64,000 bases of DNA. It comes from Gemmatimonadales bacterium (GTDB taxonomy: Bacteria; Gemmatimonadota; Gemmatimonadetes; Gemmatimonadales; GWC2-71-9). The stretch covers positions 16,098-80,097 of the forward strand of contig DATECF010000116.1 of NCBI GenBank assembly GCA_035287045.1. Reading direction: 5' to 3'. The translations under genes and the position numbers were made by a program. The notes beneath the pieces were generated by a model that searched no databases, had not been told where the DNA came from, and worked only from the letters and a program-made list of their open reading frames with translations. Shown one piece after another: positions 45,893-55,438 of the stretch. Each line of letters opens with the position of its first letter. Positions within the stretch are counted from its first letter, which is position 1.

Positions 45893-47526
45893 CAGTTTCT
45901 CCGCCCCCGCGTCTCGCGCGAACCCGGCCGGCGGCGCGCCAGCGTCTGGCGCACCTGCCGTTCTTCCTCCGCGATGGAATTCAAGACCTGCTCCGCCTGT
46001 GCGCGGGTCAGGCCGGACCGGGCCGCGGGCGGCGGTTCCGGCTCGGCACCACCACCACCGCCCGACGGCCGCGGATCCTCCCCGCCTCCACCCCCACCGC
46101 CTGACGAGCGACGAATCGCGAGCTCGAGATTCCACTTCGCGGCCGCATCGCCCGGCTTGAGCAGCAGCGCTTCCCGGTAACGCTCACGCGCCACGGCCAG
46201 GTGCTGCTCGCTGCCGGCGCTGTCCCGGGCGGCCAGCCGCAGCGCGAGCAACCCGGCGTTGTAGAGCGCCCGGAACCGGATGTCGGGATCGAGCGACCGG
46301 ACGGCGCGCTCCAGCGCCTGGACGGTGAGTGCGGTATCCCCGGCGGCCATGGCGGCGGTGCCCAGGTTGAACCACGCCGTGTCGCCAGCTTCCCCGCGCC
46401 GCACCTGGTCCAGGTACCGCTCAGCCGCCGCGCGAAACGCGCCCTGGCGCCACGCCGCGTCTCCGGGGTTCCGACCCCACTGTGCCTGCCCTGGCCGAGC
46501 CGCGCCGGCGGCGAGGCACAGGGCGAGCACCGCGAGGGCGGACGACCGCCGCGTAACGGTCTGCGCCAGCAGCAGCACCACGCCAACCAGCGCCGGCACC
46601 CATGCCTGGAGCGGCCGGTCGGTCACGGTGGTGGTCGCCTGGGGTGAGCGCTTGAACGCCCGCACCAGCTCCCGGACGGCGCCCGCCTGATCGCCGAGGG
46701 TTGCCGGGACCAAAGCGCCGTGGGCGGCGTCCGCCACCTGCGTCAGGATGTCGTCACGCCTGGACGTCGCCACTGGCCTGCCGTCCTCGGTCCGCTGGTA
46801 CTCCACGAACTGACCCTCCGGAGTGCGCAAGGGGATGGTGGTGGGCATCACGCCTCCCTCACCCACCAGGATCAACCGCACGCCGTCGCGTCGCAGCCGC
46901 TCGGCCGCCGTGATCACGTCAGACAGGGTGTCGTGGGTCTCGCCGTCGGTGAACACCACCAGCACCCGATCCGCCACCTCCGATCCGCCCTGGAGCAGGT
47001 CCCGTCCCTGCCGCAGCGCGGCGCCCAGCTCCGTGCCGCCGGCCGTGGCCATCTCCGGGTCCAGCCCGTCGATCAACAGCTGCAGGGCGCCGCCGTCCAC
47101 GGTGAGCGGCGACAGGATGAAACTCTGCCCCGCGAACGCCATCAGGCCCAGTCGGTCTCCCTCCAGATCGTGCACCAGCCGCCGCGCCTCGCGCTGCGCC
47201 CGGCCCAGGCGGGACGGCGTGACGTCCTCTGCCAGCATCGAGCGGGACACATCGATCGCCAGCACCAGGTCGAGCGCCTTGGACTCGGTGCGCACGGTGC
47301 GGCGTCCCCAGCGCGGCCCCGCGAGGGCGATGCCGGCGGCGAACGCGGCCAGCCCCAGCGCCACCGGCGTCAGCCGGCCCACGCGACGCGCCGCCCGCTC
47401 CAGATCGGTGGACCACCGGCGCGCCCGCCGTACCCGCTGGACCCGGGCCCACAGCGCCAGCACGGTGAACAGCATCGCCACGACCGGCGCCACCGCGATC
47501 AGGACGGGGCTGTCGAACTGGATCAC
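45889..47526 (-). CDS. BatB-like VWA protein fused to BatC-like TPR domain
   Basis: DVSRSMLAED MIDAS, FAG, TDGE; then WFNLG, LYNAG, AKWNLEL. Confidence 0.8.
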   Translation of the reverse strand: MIQFDSPVLIAVAPVVAMLFTVLALWARVQRVRRARRWSTDLERAARRVGRLTPVALGLAAFAAGIALAGPRWGRRTVRTESKALDLVLAIDVSRSMLAEDVTPSRLGRAQREARRLVHDLEGDRLGLMAFAGQSFILSPLTVDGGALQLLIDGLDPEMATAGGTELGAALRQGRDLLQGGSEVADRVLVVFTDGETHDTLSDVITAAERLRRDGVRLILVGEGGVMPTTIPLRTPEGQFVEYQRTEDGRPVATSRRDDILTQVADAAHGALVPATLGDQAGAVRELVRAFKRSPQATTTVTDRPLQAWVPALVGVVLLLAQTVTRRSSALAVLALCLAAGAARPGQAQWGRNPGDAAWRQGAFRAAAERYLDQVRRGEAGDTAWFNLGTAAMAAGDTALTVQALERAVRSLDPDIRFRALYNAGLLALRLAARDSAGSEQHLAVARERYREALLLKPGDAAAKWNLELAIRRSSGGGGGGGEDPRPSGGGGGAEPEPPPAARSGLTRAQAEQVLNSIAEEERQVRQTLARRRPGSRETRGRRNW

Positions 47527-48500
47527 GTGACTCGCACCACCAGCGTGGCGCCGAGCGCCAGCTCGGCGGCCAACGCCACCAGCCCCAGCAGCATCCATGG
47601 GCGCACCCGCTCCTCGAACCGCTCGTACCGGGTGATCTCTACCGGCGTCTTCTCGAGCTGGTCGATCTGCTGGAAGATACGCGTCAGCGCTTCCGCGTCC
47701 GTGGCCCGGAAGTAGCGGCCGCCGGTGCTCTGGGCGACGTCCCGCAGCAGCTCCTCGTCAATCCGGACCGGCATGGTCTCGTAGCGGATCCGCCCGTCGG
47801 CGCTACGCCCGATGGGCAGGCGCGCCTCCCCTTCGGTCCCCACGCCGATGGTGTAGATCCGGATGCCGAACTGCGCCGCCGCGTCGGCCGCCGTGCGCGG
47901 ATCCACCCGGCCCCGGTTGTTCTCGCCGTCGGTCATCAGCACCATCACCTTGCTGGCCCCCTGCGCTCCGCGCAGCCGATTCGACGCCGTCGCGATCGCG
48001 GTGCCAATGGCGGTTCCGTCCTCCAGCTGGCCCACGTTGAGATTGAGCACCGCCTGCTCCAGCACCGCGTAGTCCCCGGTCAGCGGCACCTGCGTGAGCG
48101 CCTGCGCGGCGAACGACACCAGCCCGATGCGGTCGAATCGCCGGCCCCGCAGGAACGCGATGGACTTCTCCCGGGCCACGTCCAGCCGATTGGAAGGCGC
48201 GAAATCCTCCGCCAGCATGCTGCTCGAGACATCCACCACCATCATGATGGAGATGCCTTCGCTCCGAAGCTCGGTGGAGGAGACGTCGAGTCTCGGGCCC
48301 GCCGCCGCGACGATCCAGCTGCTCAACGCCACGGTTCGGAGGACCGGCGGCACCTCCGCCACCCAGCGCCGACCGTGGGCCAGTGGGGCGAGCGGCCCCA
48401 CGTCGCTGAACGCCGCGCCCCGGCGGCGCCCGCGCAGTCGCAGCCACCACCACAGCGGCAGCAGCGCGAGCAGCAGGAGCAGAAGCGGCCGGGCGAACAT
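47523..48500 (-). CDS. BatA-like VWA domain protein
   Basis: DVSSSMLAEDF, DRIGLVSFA, GTAIG, MTDGENN, IYTIGVG, GGRYFRA. Confidence 0.88.
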   Translation of the reverse strand: MFARPLLLLLLALLPLWWWLRLRGRRRGAAFSDVGPLAPLAHGRRWVAEVPPVLRTVALSSWIVAAAGPRLDVSSTELRSEGISIMMVVDVSSSMLAEDFAPSNRLDVAREKSIAFLRGRRFDRIGLVSFAAQALTQVPLTGDYAVLEQAVLNLNVGQLEDGTAIGTAIATASNRLRGAQGASKVMVLMTDGENNRGRVDPRTAADAAAQFGIRIYTIGVGTEGEARLPIGRSADGRIRYETMPVRIDEELLRDVAQSTGGRYFRATDAEALTRIFQQIDQLEKTPVEITRYERFEERVRPWMLLGLVALAAELALGATLVVRVT

Positions 48501-48501
48501 C

Positions 48502-49455
48502 TCAGGCGCCGTCCCTGGGGGCCACTTCGAACGGGCCCGCCCGCAGCACGGTCCGCTCGGCGCGGCCCAGCCGTTCGGTCAGCATGCCCACCTGCTCTTC
48601 CAGCAACAGCACGTCGTGCGGGACGGCGGGCGCGAAGCGCGCCCGCTCCAGGGCGCGCAGCACATCCTCGATCTCCTCCAATGGCCACCCGGGACAGCGC
48701 CGGCGCAACACCGCCAGCAGGGCCTCGGTCGAGCGTCCCGCGTCCGCGGCAGGCTCCAGCCCCGCAATCGTCCGGCGCAGCAGGCCCGCCAACGCCGCCG
48801 CCCCGGCCCGCAGTTCTCCCGCCTCCACCCAGGTCCGAAGCGGCGCCGCTGGGGCGGGAGCGTCCGGCGCCGGCGGCCGCGGCCGCGGGGACACTCGCTT
48901 GCGCGAGATCGCCCAGGCGCCGACGCCGGCCGCGACCAGACTCACCAGCACAACCACCGGCGCCCGGTGCCGCCGGTGCCGCGGTAGGGGAGCGAGTGAG
49001 GTCCGCGGGGGCGGCAGCGAGTCGCCGGGCGGGAGCACCGAGCGAACCCGCACTATTGCGGTATCGCCCAGAACCGTCTCCGTGTTGCCGTCGGCGTAGA
49101 AGAGCTCGATACTCGGCATGGCAATCCGCTGAGGGCCGGGCTCGAAGACCGCCACCGCATACCGGACCTCCAGCACGTCACCCCGCTGCTCAACCACCGG
49201 TTCCGCGAGCGGCTCGACCACGGGGGTGGACGGCAGCGGCTGCGGGCGGGCGCGGACTCGGAGAGCGGCCGGCAGCGTGCGGGAGAGGTAGACCGTGTCG
49301 CCCACGGTGACCGCAGGCGGCGAGGCAGTCCACGTTCCCGGACCCTGCCCCGCGACAGGGCGTCCGGTATCCACGACCGGCGTCTCAGCCACGGCCGCCC
49401 CCAATGCACCGCAGAGCACGCCGAGCAGGCAGAGACTAACGCGGACGTGGTGCAT
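48502..49455 (-). CDS. Bat-cluster hypothetical protein (signal peptide, Ig-like domain, TM helix)
   Basis: Usual position between DUF58 and batA; N-terminal hydrophobic leader and internal TM. Confidence 0.7.
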   Translation of the reverse strand: MHHVRVSLCLLGVLCGALGAAVAETPVVDTGRPVAGQGPGTWTASPPAVTVGDTVYLSRTLPAALRVRARPQPLPSTPVVEPLAEPVVEQRGDVLEVRYAVAVFEPGPQRIAMPSIELFYADGNTETVLGDTAIVRVRSVLPPGDSLPPPRTSLAPLPRHRRHRAPVVVLVSLVAAGVGAWAISRKRVSPRPRPPAPDAPAPAAPLRTWVEAGELRAGAAALAGLLRRTIAGLEPAADAGRSTEALLAVLRRRCPGWPLEEIEDVLRALERARFAPAVPHDVLLLEEQVGMLTERLGRAERTVLRAGPFEVAPRDGA

Positions 49456-49466
49456 TCCTATTCCAT

Positions 49467-49494
49467 CTCGGCGTGCTCGGTGTGCTCGGCGGTG
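49467..49494. repeat. Three 9-bp CTCGG(C/T)GTG units in intergenic spacer
   Basis: CTCGGCGTG CTCGGTGTG CTCGGCGGTG. Confidence 0.55.
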
Positions 49495-49518
49495 ATACCC
49501 CACGGGCCTATCGCGGTA

Positions 49519-50415
49519 TCAACGCCGCAAGCGGCGGGCCCGCAGCGCGAAGGTCCGATGCAGCGCCTGTGCGTAGGGTCGGTCGGTCCGAAGCGCCACG
49601 TGATCCACCTGGACCTGGGTGAAGATCCGGGCGCGCTGGAGCCGTGCCTGCTCCGCCGCGATCCGCAGCTTCACCCGGGTGGGCGCGTGGGACGTGTCCA
49701 CCAGCACCCCCACGCCGGTTTCGGCGTCGCGCAGCTCCACCCAGCCGGCATCCGGCAGCTCCATTTCGCGCGGGTCATCCACGGTCACCGCCACGACCTC
49801 GTGCCGTCGGGCCAGGCGCCGTAGGGGTTGCTCCCAATCGGCCGCGCGAAAATCGGAGATGATCACCACCACCGCGCGGTGACGCAGCAGGCGGGCACCG
49901 TAGGCCAGCGCCATCGCGAGGTTGGTCCCTCGCTCGGTGGGCCGGAAGGCGACCAGATCCCGGAGTACGCGCAGCGCGTGCCCCCGGCCCTTGGCCGGCG
50001 GGACCACGTGATCCACGCCCTGCGAGAAGATCACCGCGCCCACCCGGTCGTTCTGACGGGCCGCGGCCAACGCCAGCACGGCGGCCACTTCCACCGCACG
50101 CTCCGATTTGGGCCGCGGCTGGCCGAATTCCACCGATCCGGAGCGATCCACAATCAGCAGCAGCGTGAGCTCGCGCTCCTCGACGAAGGTCTTGACGTAG
50201 GGCGATCCCATGCGGGCCGACACGTTCCAATCAATGGACCGATAGTCATCCCCCTGCTCGTAGGCGCGCACCTCCGCGAACTCGATGCCCTGCCCCCGGA
50301 AGACCGAGCGGTATTCGCCGGAGAACAACGTACCCACCAACCGCCGGGTCCGAAGCTCGATCGCCTTGACCTGCCGCAGGATCTCGGGCCCGACCACCCG
50401 GACCGCGCCGCTCAT
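49519..50415 (-). CDS. DUF58 domain protein
   Basis: FRGQGIEFAEVRAY, IDWNVSAR, DRSGS, ISDF. Confidence 0.92.
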   Translation of the reverse strand: MSGAVRVVGPEILRQVKAIELRTRRLVGTLFSGEYRSVFRGQGIEFAEVRAYEQGDDYRSIDWNVSARMGSPYVKTFVEERELTLLLIVDRSGSVEFGQPRPKSERAVEVAAVLALAAARQNDRVGAVIFSQGVDHVVPPAKGRGHALRVLRDLVAFRPTERGTNLAMALAYGARLLRHRAVVVIISDFRAADWEQPLRRLARRHEVVAVTVDDPREMELPDAGWVELRDAETGVGVLVDTSHAPTRVKLRIAAEQARLQRARIFTQVQVDHVALRTDRPYAQALHRTFALRARRLRR

Positions 50416-51386
50416 GGGGCGTCCAACGCGTCCAGCACCCGGGCGATGATGCCGTCGGGGGTCACGTCTTCCGCCTCCGCTTCGAACGTCAGCAGCACCC
50501 GGTGCCGCAGCACGTCCGGCGCCATGGCTTTCACGTCTTCCGGTACCACGTAGGCGCGGCCCCGCAGATACGCATGCGCCCGCGCCGCCTGGGCCAGGTA
50601 GATGGACGCCCGCGGGCTCGCCCCCCAAGCGATCAGCGGCTTGATCTCCGCCAACCCCAGCGCCTGCGGCTCACGGGTGGCGCGGACCAAGTCCACGATG
50701 TAATCCACGATCTTCTGGTCCATGTAGAGATCGGCGACCGCGTCCCGCAACGCGAGGATCTCCTCCGGGTCCGCCACGGCCGCCACCTCGGGCACCCGGC
50801 CGCCCGCCATGCGCCACAGGATTTCCTTCTCCTCGTCGCGCGACGGGTAGCCCACGTGCACCTTCAGCATGAAGCGGTCGAGCTGGGCCTCCGGAAGGGG
50901 GTAGGTGCCCTCGTGTTCGATGGGGTTCTGGGTCGCCAGCACCAGGAACGGCTCCTCCAGCCGGTGGGTCTCGCCGCCGATGGTCACCTGCTTCTCCTGC
51001 ATGGCTTCGAGCAGGGCCGCCTGGACCTTGGCCGGGGCGCGGTTGATCTCGTCGGCCAGCACGATGTTGGTGAACAGGGGACCGCGCTTGGCGCGGAACT
51101 CGCCGGTCCGCTGGTCAAACACCATGGTGCCGATGATGTCGGCCGGTAGCAGGTCCGGCGTGAATTGAATGCGCTGGAAGCTGGTGCGAATGGTCTCGGC
51201 CAGGGATCGAACCGCCAGCGTCTTGGCGAGCCCGGGCACGCCCTCGAGCAGGATGTGGCCGCCGCACAGCAGGCCCACCAGCAGCCGCTCGAGCATGGCG
51301 TCCTGGCCCACCACGCGCTTGCCTACCTCTTGAACGATGCTGGCCGTCACCGGACTCTGGCCGGCTCCCGTCGTGCGTCCCGCCAT
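50412..51386 (-). CDS. MoxR family AAA+ ATPase
   Basis: GVPGLAKT, RIQFTPDLLPAD, LADEINRA, ATQNPIE, QLDRF, SPR. Confidence 0.96.
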   Translation of the reverse strand: MAGRTTGAGQSPVTASIVQEVGKRVVGQDAMLERLLVGLLCGGHILLEGVPGLAKTLAVRSLAETIRTSFQRIQFTPDLLPADIIGTMVFDQRTGEFRAKRGPLFTNIVLADEINRAPAKVQAALLEAMQEKQVTIGGETHRLEEPFLVLATQNPIEHEGTYPLPEAQLDRFMLKVHVGYPSRDEEKEILWRMAGGRVPEVAAVADPEEILALRDAVADLYMDQKIVDYIVDLVRATREPQALGLAEIKPLIAWGASPRASIYLAQAARAHAYLRGRAYVVPEDVKAMAPDVLRHRVLLTFEAEAEDVTPDGIIARVLDALDAP

Positions 51387-51402
51387 CAGCATGCTCCTGG
51401 GT

Positions 51403-53043
51403 TCACCGCTTGATGCGTTCGCCCGCGTCCTCGTGCTGGAAGACCCAAGCCGCCATCCGTGACGGCGAGATGGGGTCCTCGGGCACAATCGCCTCCCAGT
51501 CCTCGTCGCTCCCGGTGCCCGCCACGGTGGCGCGACTCTCGGCCTGCTCCACGATCCGCCGCGCCCGGGCGACCCAGACCTCACAGTTGGCGGCGCGCAG
51601 GTCCACCCAGCCGCGCCCGATCGCGCCGGCGGGGTCGCCCGCCGGCGGCGTCAGCACCATCTCGCCACGGTAGACCTGCTCGCCCTGGACCATGATGGGC
51701 AATCCGATGGACAGGATGGTGGACCGAAGATCGGAGTCCCGGGCCATCAGGTCCGCCGCGCGCCGTGCCAGGTCCGCCGGATTCGCCTGCGCCAGCGCCG
51801 CGACCGAGGGGATCAGCTCCGAGAGAATCTGCGTCTCGTAGAGCATTTTGGTGAGCCGTGGCGGTCCCAGGAACTCGAACGCGACCGAGCGCACCCCGTG
51901 CTGGCGCTCGAGCTGCGCCAGTTTGGCGAGCGCCGCAGCCCGCACGATACCGGCCCGGTAGGTGGGGCCGGACGTAGCGGCATCCAGCGCCGCCACGATG
52001 TCATGGCCCGAGGGCCGCCCCTGGAGCTCCGTCACCACGTAATCCGCGATCTCCTCGGGGGTGATCAACTCCATCGACCCCAGCGAGGTCACGGTTTCGA
52101 ACTCCTGGCGCGCGAAGAACCCGTTCTCCCCGGTATCGGCGTACACCGAGACGATCGGCTCCCCGGTATCGCGCCAGCCCCGCGCTCCCTTGGCAAAGGC
52201 GCCCGCCAGCGGCAGGGGCTGGGGGCAATCCACCCGGTGGATAGCGCGTCCCGCGCGCTTGATGGGCCCGTAACAGATCTCGCGCCAGCCGACGACGGCG
52301 GTGGGCTTGATTTCCTTGGTGGCGGGCGCGCCCGGCGTCCGCGCCAGCAGAAACAGGAGCAGCGAATGCGCCCCCGCCAGCGCGCTCTTGGTGAGCAGCA
52401 TCCGCGAGGGCCGTTCCTCGGAGTGGGTATAGGGGACATTGAACCCCATGCCGCCGGTCCCGCTGGTGCCGATCTTCACGTACATCCCCACGCCCGTCCG
52501 CTGGAACGCCTCGGTGGCAATCTGCAGGTGCCGGATCAGCTGCGGCAGGGGCAACGTGAGGACGTGCCGCTCCGCCTGTTCCGCCGTGACGCCGCCCTGC
52601 CGGGCCGCCGCCAGCAGCTCCTGGATGCTCTGGTACACGTTCTGATAGGCGAAGGCCGTCGCCGTGTTCAGACAGTCCACCACCGCATCCGGCCGGTGGC
52701 GATCCAGGAGTTGGTAGAACAAGCTGCGACGGAGCACCTCCTCCGTGAAATCGCCGAACAAGTCCGTCACCAGGGCCGCCCGCTTCGCCGGATCCGCGGC
52801 GATCACGCCGCGGTCCAGTTGGGCCAGTTCCGCCGGCAGGAACACGTCGCCCCACTCCACGTCCACGCCCGCGTCCCCCACGCCCTGGCGGCGCAGGTCC
52901 TCCGCGGCCCGCCGCACTTCCGGCTCCCGCAGCGCCACCAGCACCAACCGCGCGGGGCGAAACCCCACCAGCCGGCGGGCCACCGCGTGCCCCACCAACC
53001 CGCTCCCGCCCAGTATCAGGACCGTGCTTCCCTCAAGCCGCAT
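51403..53043 (-). CDS. Uncharacterised NAD(P)-binding Rossmann-fold protein (atypical SDR-like, 546 aa)
   Basis: N-terminal VLILGGSGLVG; fills the gap between rluB-like gene and moxR in operon orientation. Confidence 0.75.
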   Translation of the reverse strand: MRLEGSTVLILGGSGLVGHAVARRLVGFRPARLVLVALREPEVRRAAEDLRRQGVGDAGVDVEWGDVFLPAELAQLDRGVIAADPAKRAALVTDLFGDFTEEVLRRSLFYQLLDRHRPDAVVDCLNTATAFAYQNVYQSIQELLAAARQGGVTAEQAERHVLTLPLPQLIRHLQIATEAFQRTGVGMYVKIGTSGTGGMGFNVPYTHSEERPSRMLLTKSALAGAHSLLLFLLARTPGAPATKEIKPTAVVGWREICYGPIKRAGRAIHRVDCPQPLPLAGAFAKGARGWRDTGEPIVSVYADTGENGFFARQEFETVTSLGSMELITPEEIADYVVTELQGRPSGHDIVAALDAATSGPTYRAGIVRAAALAKLAQLERQHGVRSVAFEFLGPPRLTKMLYETQILSELIPSVAALAQANPADLARRAADLMARDSDLRSTILSIGLPIMVQGEQVYRGEMVLTPPAGDPAGAIGRGWVDLRAANCEVWVARARRIVEQAESRATVAGTGSDEDWEAIVPEDPISPSRMAAWVFQHEDAGERIKR

Positions 53044-53767
53044 GGCCGCTCGCCTTCCCCGTGGTGGTCCCCAGGGCGCGGACTTCGGTGCCCGACAGCT
53101 TGCGCCACTCCCCCGGCTTCAACGTCCCCAACCGAATGGGCCCGTAGCTCAGCCGAATCAGCCGCTCCACCTTGAGCCCCAGGCGCTCGCACAGGCGCCG
53201 GACCACGCGATACCGGCCCTCCGCCAGGACCAGCGTAAGCTGGCTGGCATGCCCTCCGGCCGCCTCCACCCGGACGCGGAGCAGCCGCACGGGGCGGCCC
53301 TCGAGCACCACCGGTCGCGCCAGCGCCCGGCGGATGTCGGCACCGCGCATTCCGTGGACCACGGCCCGATAGGTCCGCTCCACGGCGAACCGTGGGTGCA
53401 TCAAGCGGTGCGCCGCCTCGCCATCGGTGGTGAGCAGCAGCAGGCCGGAGGTCATGACGTCCAGCCGTCCAACGTAGGTGAGCCCGGGCACCGGTGGGAC
53501 CAGATCGAATACCGTGGGGCGTCCCCGCGGATCGCGGCGGCTGACCACGTACCCCAGCGGCTTGTGCAGTACCACCCACTCGGTCCGCGCCGGCACCACG
53601 CGGCGCGATCCGATCAGAATCACGTCCCGCGCCGGATCCACCGACATCCCCAGCGTCGCCACCACACCGTTCACGCGCACCCGACCCGCGCGAATCAGCT
53701 CCTCCGCCCCGCGCCGGGACCCGAATCCAGCCCGCGCCATGGCCCGCTGCAACCGCATCAGCGTCAT
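53033..53767 (-). CDS. rluB: rRNA pseudouridine synthase (RsuA/RluB family)
   Basis: S4 domain, HKPLG, VGRLDVMTSGLLLLTTDG, EGRYRVVRR. Confidence 0.88.
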   Translation of the reverse strand: MTLMRLQRAMARAGFGSRRGAEELIRAGRVRVNGVVATLGMSVDPARDVILIGSRRVVPARTEWVVLHKPLGYVVSRRDPRGRPTVFDLVPPVPGLTYVGRLDVMTSGLLLLTTDGEAAHRLMHPRFAVERTYRAVVHGMRGADIRRALARPVVLEGRPVRLLRVRVEAAGGHASQLTLVLAEGRYRVVRRLCERLGLKVERLIRLSYGPIRLGTLKPGEWRKLSGTEVRALGTTTGKASGHAA

Positions 53768-54315
53768 TCGCCCGCCACGTCCTCCGCCAACGGCTTCAGG
53801 GCCACCGACAGGTCTTCCAGACGGGGCAGCTCGCTGATGGACTTGAGACCCAGCAGCTCCAGGAACGCCGGCGTGGTTCCGTAGAGCAACGGGCGCCCCA
53901 GCCCCTCCCCGCGGCCCACGACGTCGATTACCCCCCGCTCCTGCAACAACCGCAGCACCCCGTCCACCGCCACGCCCCGAATCTCTTCGATCTCGGCGCG
54001 GCCCACCGGTTGCCGGTACCCGATAATGGCCAGCGTCTCCATGGCCGCCACCGACAGGCGACGCGGCCGTGATACCAGCTGCGCTTGGGCGATGGCTTCC
54101 GCGCATTCCCGGCGGGTGAGGACCTGGAAGCCCTCGGCCAGCTCCACCAGCTCCACGCCGTGCCCGCCGACGTCATACACCCCTTGCAGCTCGCTCAACG
54201 CCGAGCGCACCTCTTCTTCCGTGGCTTCCGGCTCCAGGCCCAGGAGCTCATCCAGGGTCACCGGCCGGGCGGCGGCGAACAGCGCCGCCTCAAGCAGCTT
54301 CGTGAGCGGGTGCAC
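53764..54315 (-). CDS. scpB: SMC-Scp complex subunit ScpB
   Basis: LEAALFAA, LSVAAMETLAIIGYRQP, IEEIRGV, GRPLLYGTT. Confidence 0.96.
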   Translation of the reverse strand: MHPLTKLLEAALFAAARPVTLDELLGLEPEATEEEVRSALSELQGVYDVGGHGVELVELAEGFQVLTRRECAEAIAQAQLVSRPRRLSVAAMETLAIIGYRQPVGRAEIEEIRGVAVDGVLRLLQERGVIDVVGRGEGLGRPLLYGTTPAFLELLGLKSISELPRLEDLSVALKPLAEDVAGE

Positions 54316-55024
54316 GGGTCACGAGGATGGGGCCAAAGCCGCCGGCCTGCGACAGGCCGATGGTGCCGAGGCGCGCCTGCTCCAGGAGCGCGATCAGCAT
54401 GGAAATGATGTCCGTGACGGTCGGCCGCTCCCCCAGCAACTCGGCCAGCTCCACCTGCTCGCGGTCGCGCAGGATCTCCTGGAGGCGCCGCGTCGCCCCC
54501 TCGGTATCCAGGGGACGGGGCACCACGCGGTGCGTCACCCGGGCGGGCAGCAAGTCCACCAGGCGCTCGGCCGCCTGGAGCAACTGGTCCACCGTCACTT
54601 CCACCGGGGGTGGAGGCAGCTCCGGCGCCTCCGGCACCAGGCCGCGCGGGAACCGATCCGCCCGCTCGCCCGCCTGCCGCAGCATCCAGTCCACCACTTC
54701 CCGAATCTGCTCATACTCGAGCAGGCGCCGCACCAGCTCGGCCCGCGGGTCCTCCCACTCCTCGGCGTCCAGCGGCCGCGGGAGCAGCATCAGGATCTTG
54801 ATGCGGAGCAGGTAGGCCGCCATCTCCAGGTAGTCGGCCGCGTCGTTGAGCTTGAGCTCGTGGATCGCCACCAGGAACTGGTCCGCAATCCGCCCAATGG
54901 GGATGTCGGTGATCTCGATTTCCTGCTCGCGAATCAGGTGGAGCAGCAGGTCCAGCGGCCCGGAGAATTCCTCGAGCTGGATGACGAAGGGGCGATCGGT
55001 GGTTGGTGCGGTGGGAAGGGTCAC
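54290..55024 (-). CDS. scpA: Segregation and condensation protein A
   Basis: FSGPLDLLLHLI, YLEMAAYLLRIK, DPRAELVRRLLEY; start moved to GTG 55024. Confidence 0.95.
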   Translation of the reverse strand: MTLPTAPTTDRPFVIQLEEFSGPLDLLLHLIREQEIEITDIPIGRIADQFLVAIHELKLNDAADYLEMAAYLLRIKILMLLPRPLDAEEWEDPRAELVRRLLEYEQIREVVDWMLRQAGERADRFPRGLVPEAPELPPPPVEVTVDQLLQAAERLVDLLPARVTHRVVPRPLDTEGATRRLQEILRDREQVELAELLGERPTVTDIISMLIALLEQARLGTIGLSQAGGFGPILVTRAPAHEAA

Positions 55025-55057
55025 GTCGAGGCGAATCTTACGGTCGATTGAGCGAGA

Positions 55058-55086
55058 AACGTAACGGCATCCTGACCCCAAGTCAA
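55058..55086 (-). promoter_or_regulatory. sigma70-type promoter for scpA operon
   Basis: TTGACT, 17 bp, TACGTT on minus strand. Confidence 0.55.
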
Positions 55087-55098
55087 AGCGCTAGTGCC

Positions 55099-55127
55099 TT
55101 GACTGGTCGAGACTTGCGCGCTAGGAT
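55099..55127 (+). promoter_or_regulatory. sigma70-type promoter for rpsT
   Basis: TTGACT, 17 bp, TAGGAT. Confidence 0.65.
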
Positions 55128-55179
55128 TCGCGGCCCGCCAGGTAGGCGTGATTCACCCGCAGTCCGGTAAGGAGTTGCA

Positions 55180-55434
55180 GTGGCTAACATTCGGTCCGCC
55201 AAGAAGCGCATGCGGCAGTCGCGGCGTCACGCGGCGGAGAATCGGGTACAGCGGTCGGCGCTCAGAACCGCCGTCCGGAAGGTCCGCAGCGCCACCACGG
55301 CCGCTGAGGCTGGTGCGGCCCTGCGTGCGGCGGAGCGCTTGCTGGACCGCGCCGCCCGGAAGCGGCTGGTCCATCCCAACACCGTCGCCCGGCAGAAGTC
55401 CCGGTTGCACAAGCTGGCACGCCAGAAACCGTGA
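55180..55434 (+). CDS. rpsT: 30S ribosomal protein S20
   Basis: MANIRSAKKR, HPNTVARQKSRL; GTG start after AAGGAG. Confidence 0.97.
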   Translation: MANIRSAKKRMRQSRRHAAENRVQRSALRTAVRKVRSATTAAEAGAALRAAERLLDRAARKRLVHPNTVARQKSRLHKLARQKP

Positions 55435-55438
55435 CGAG

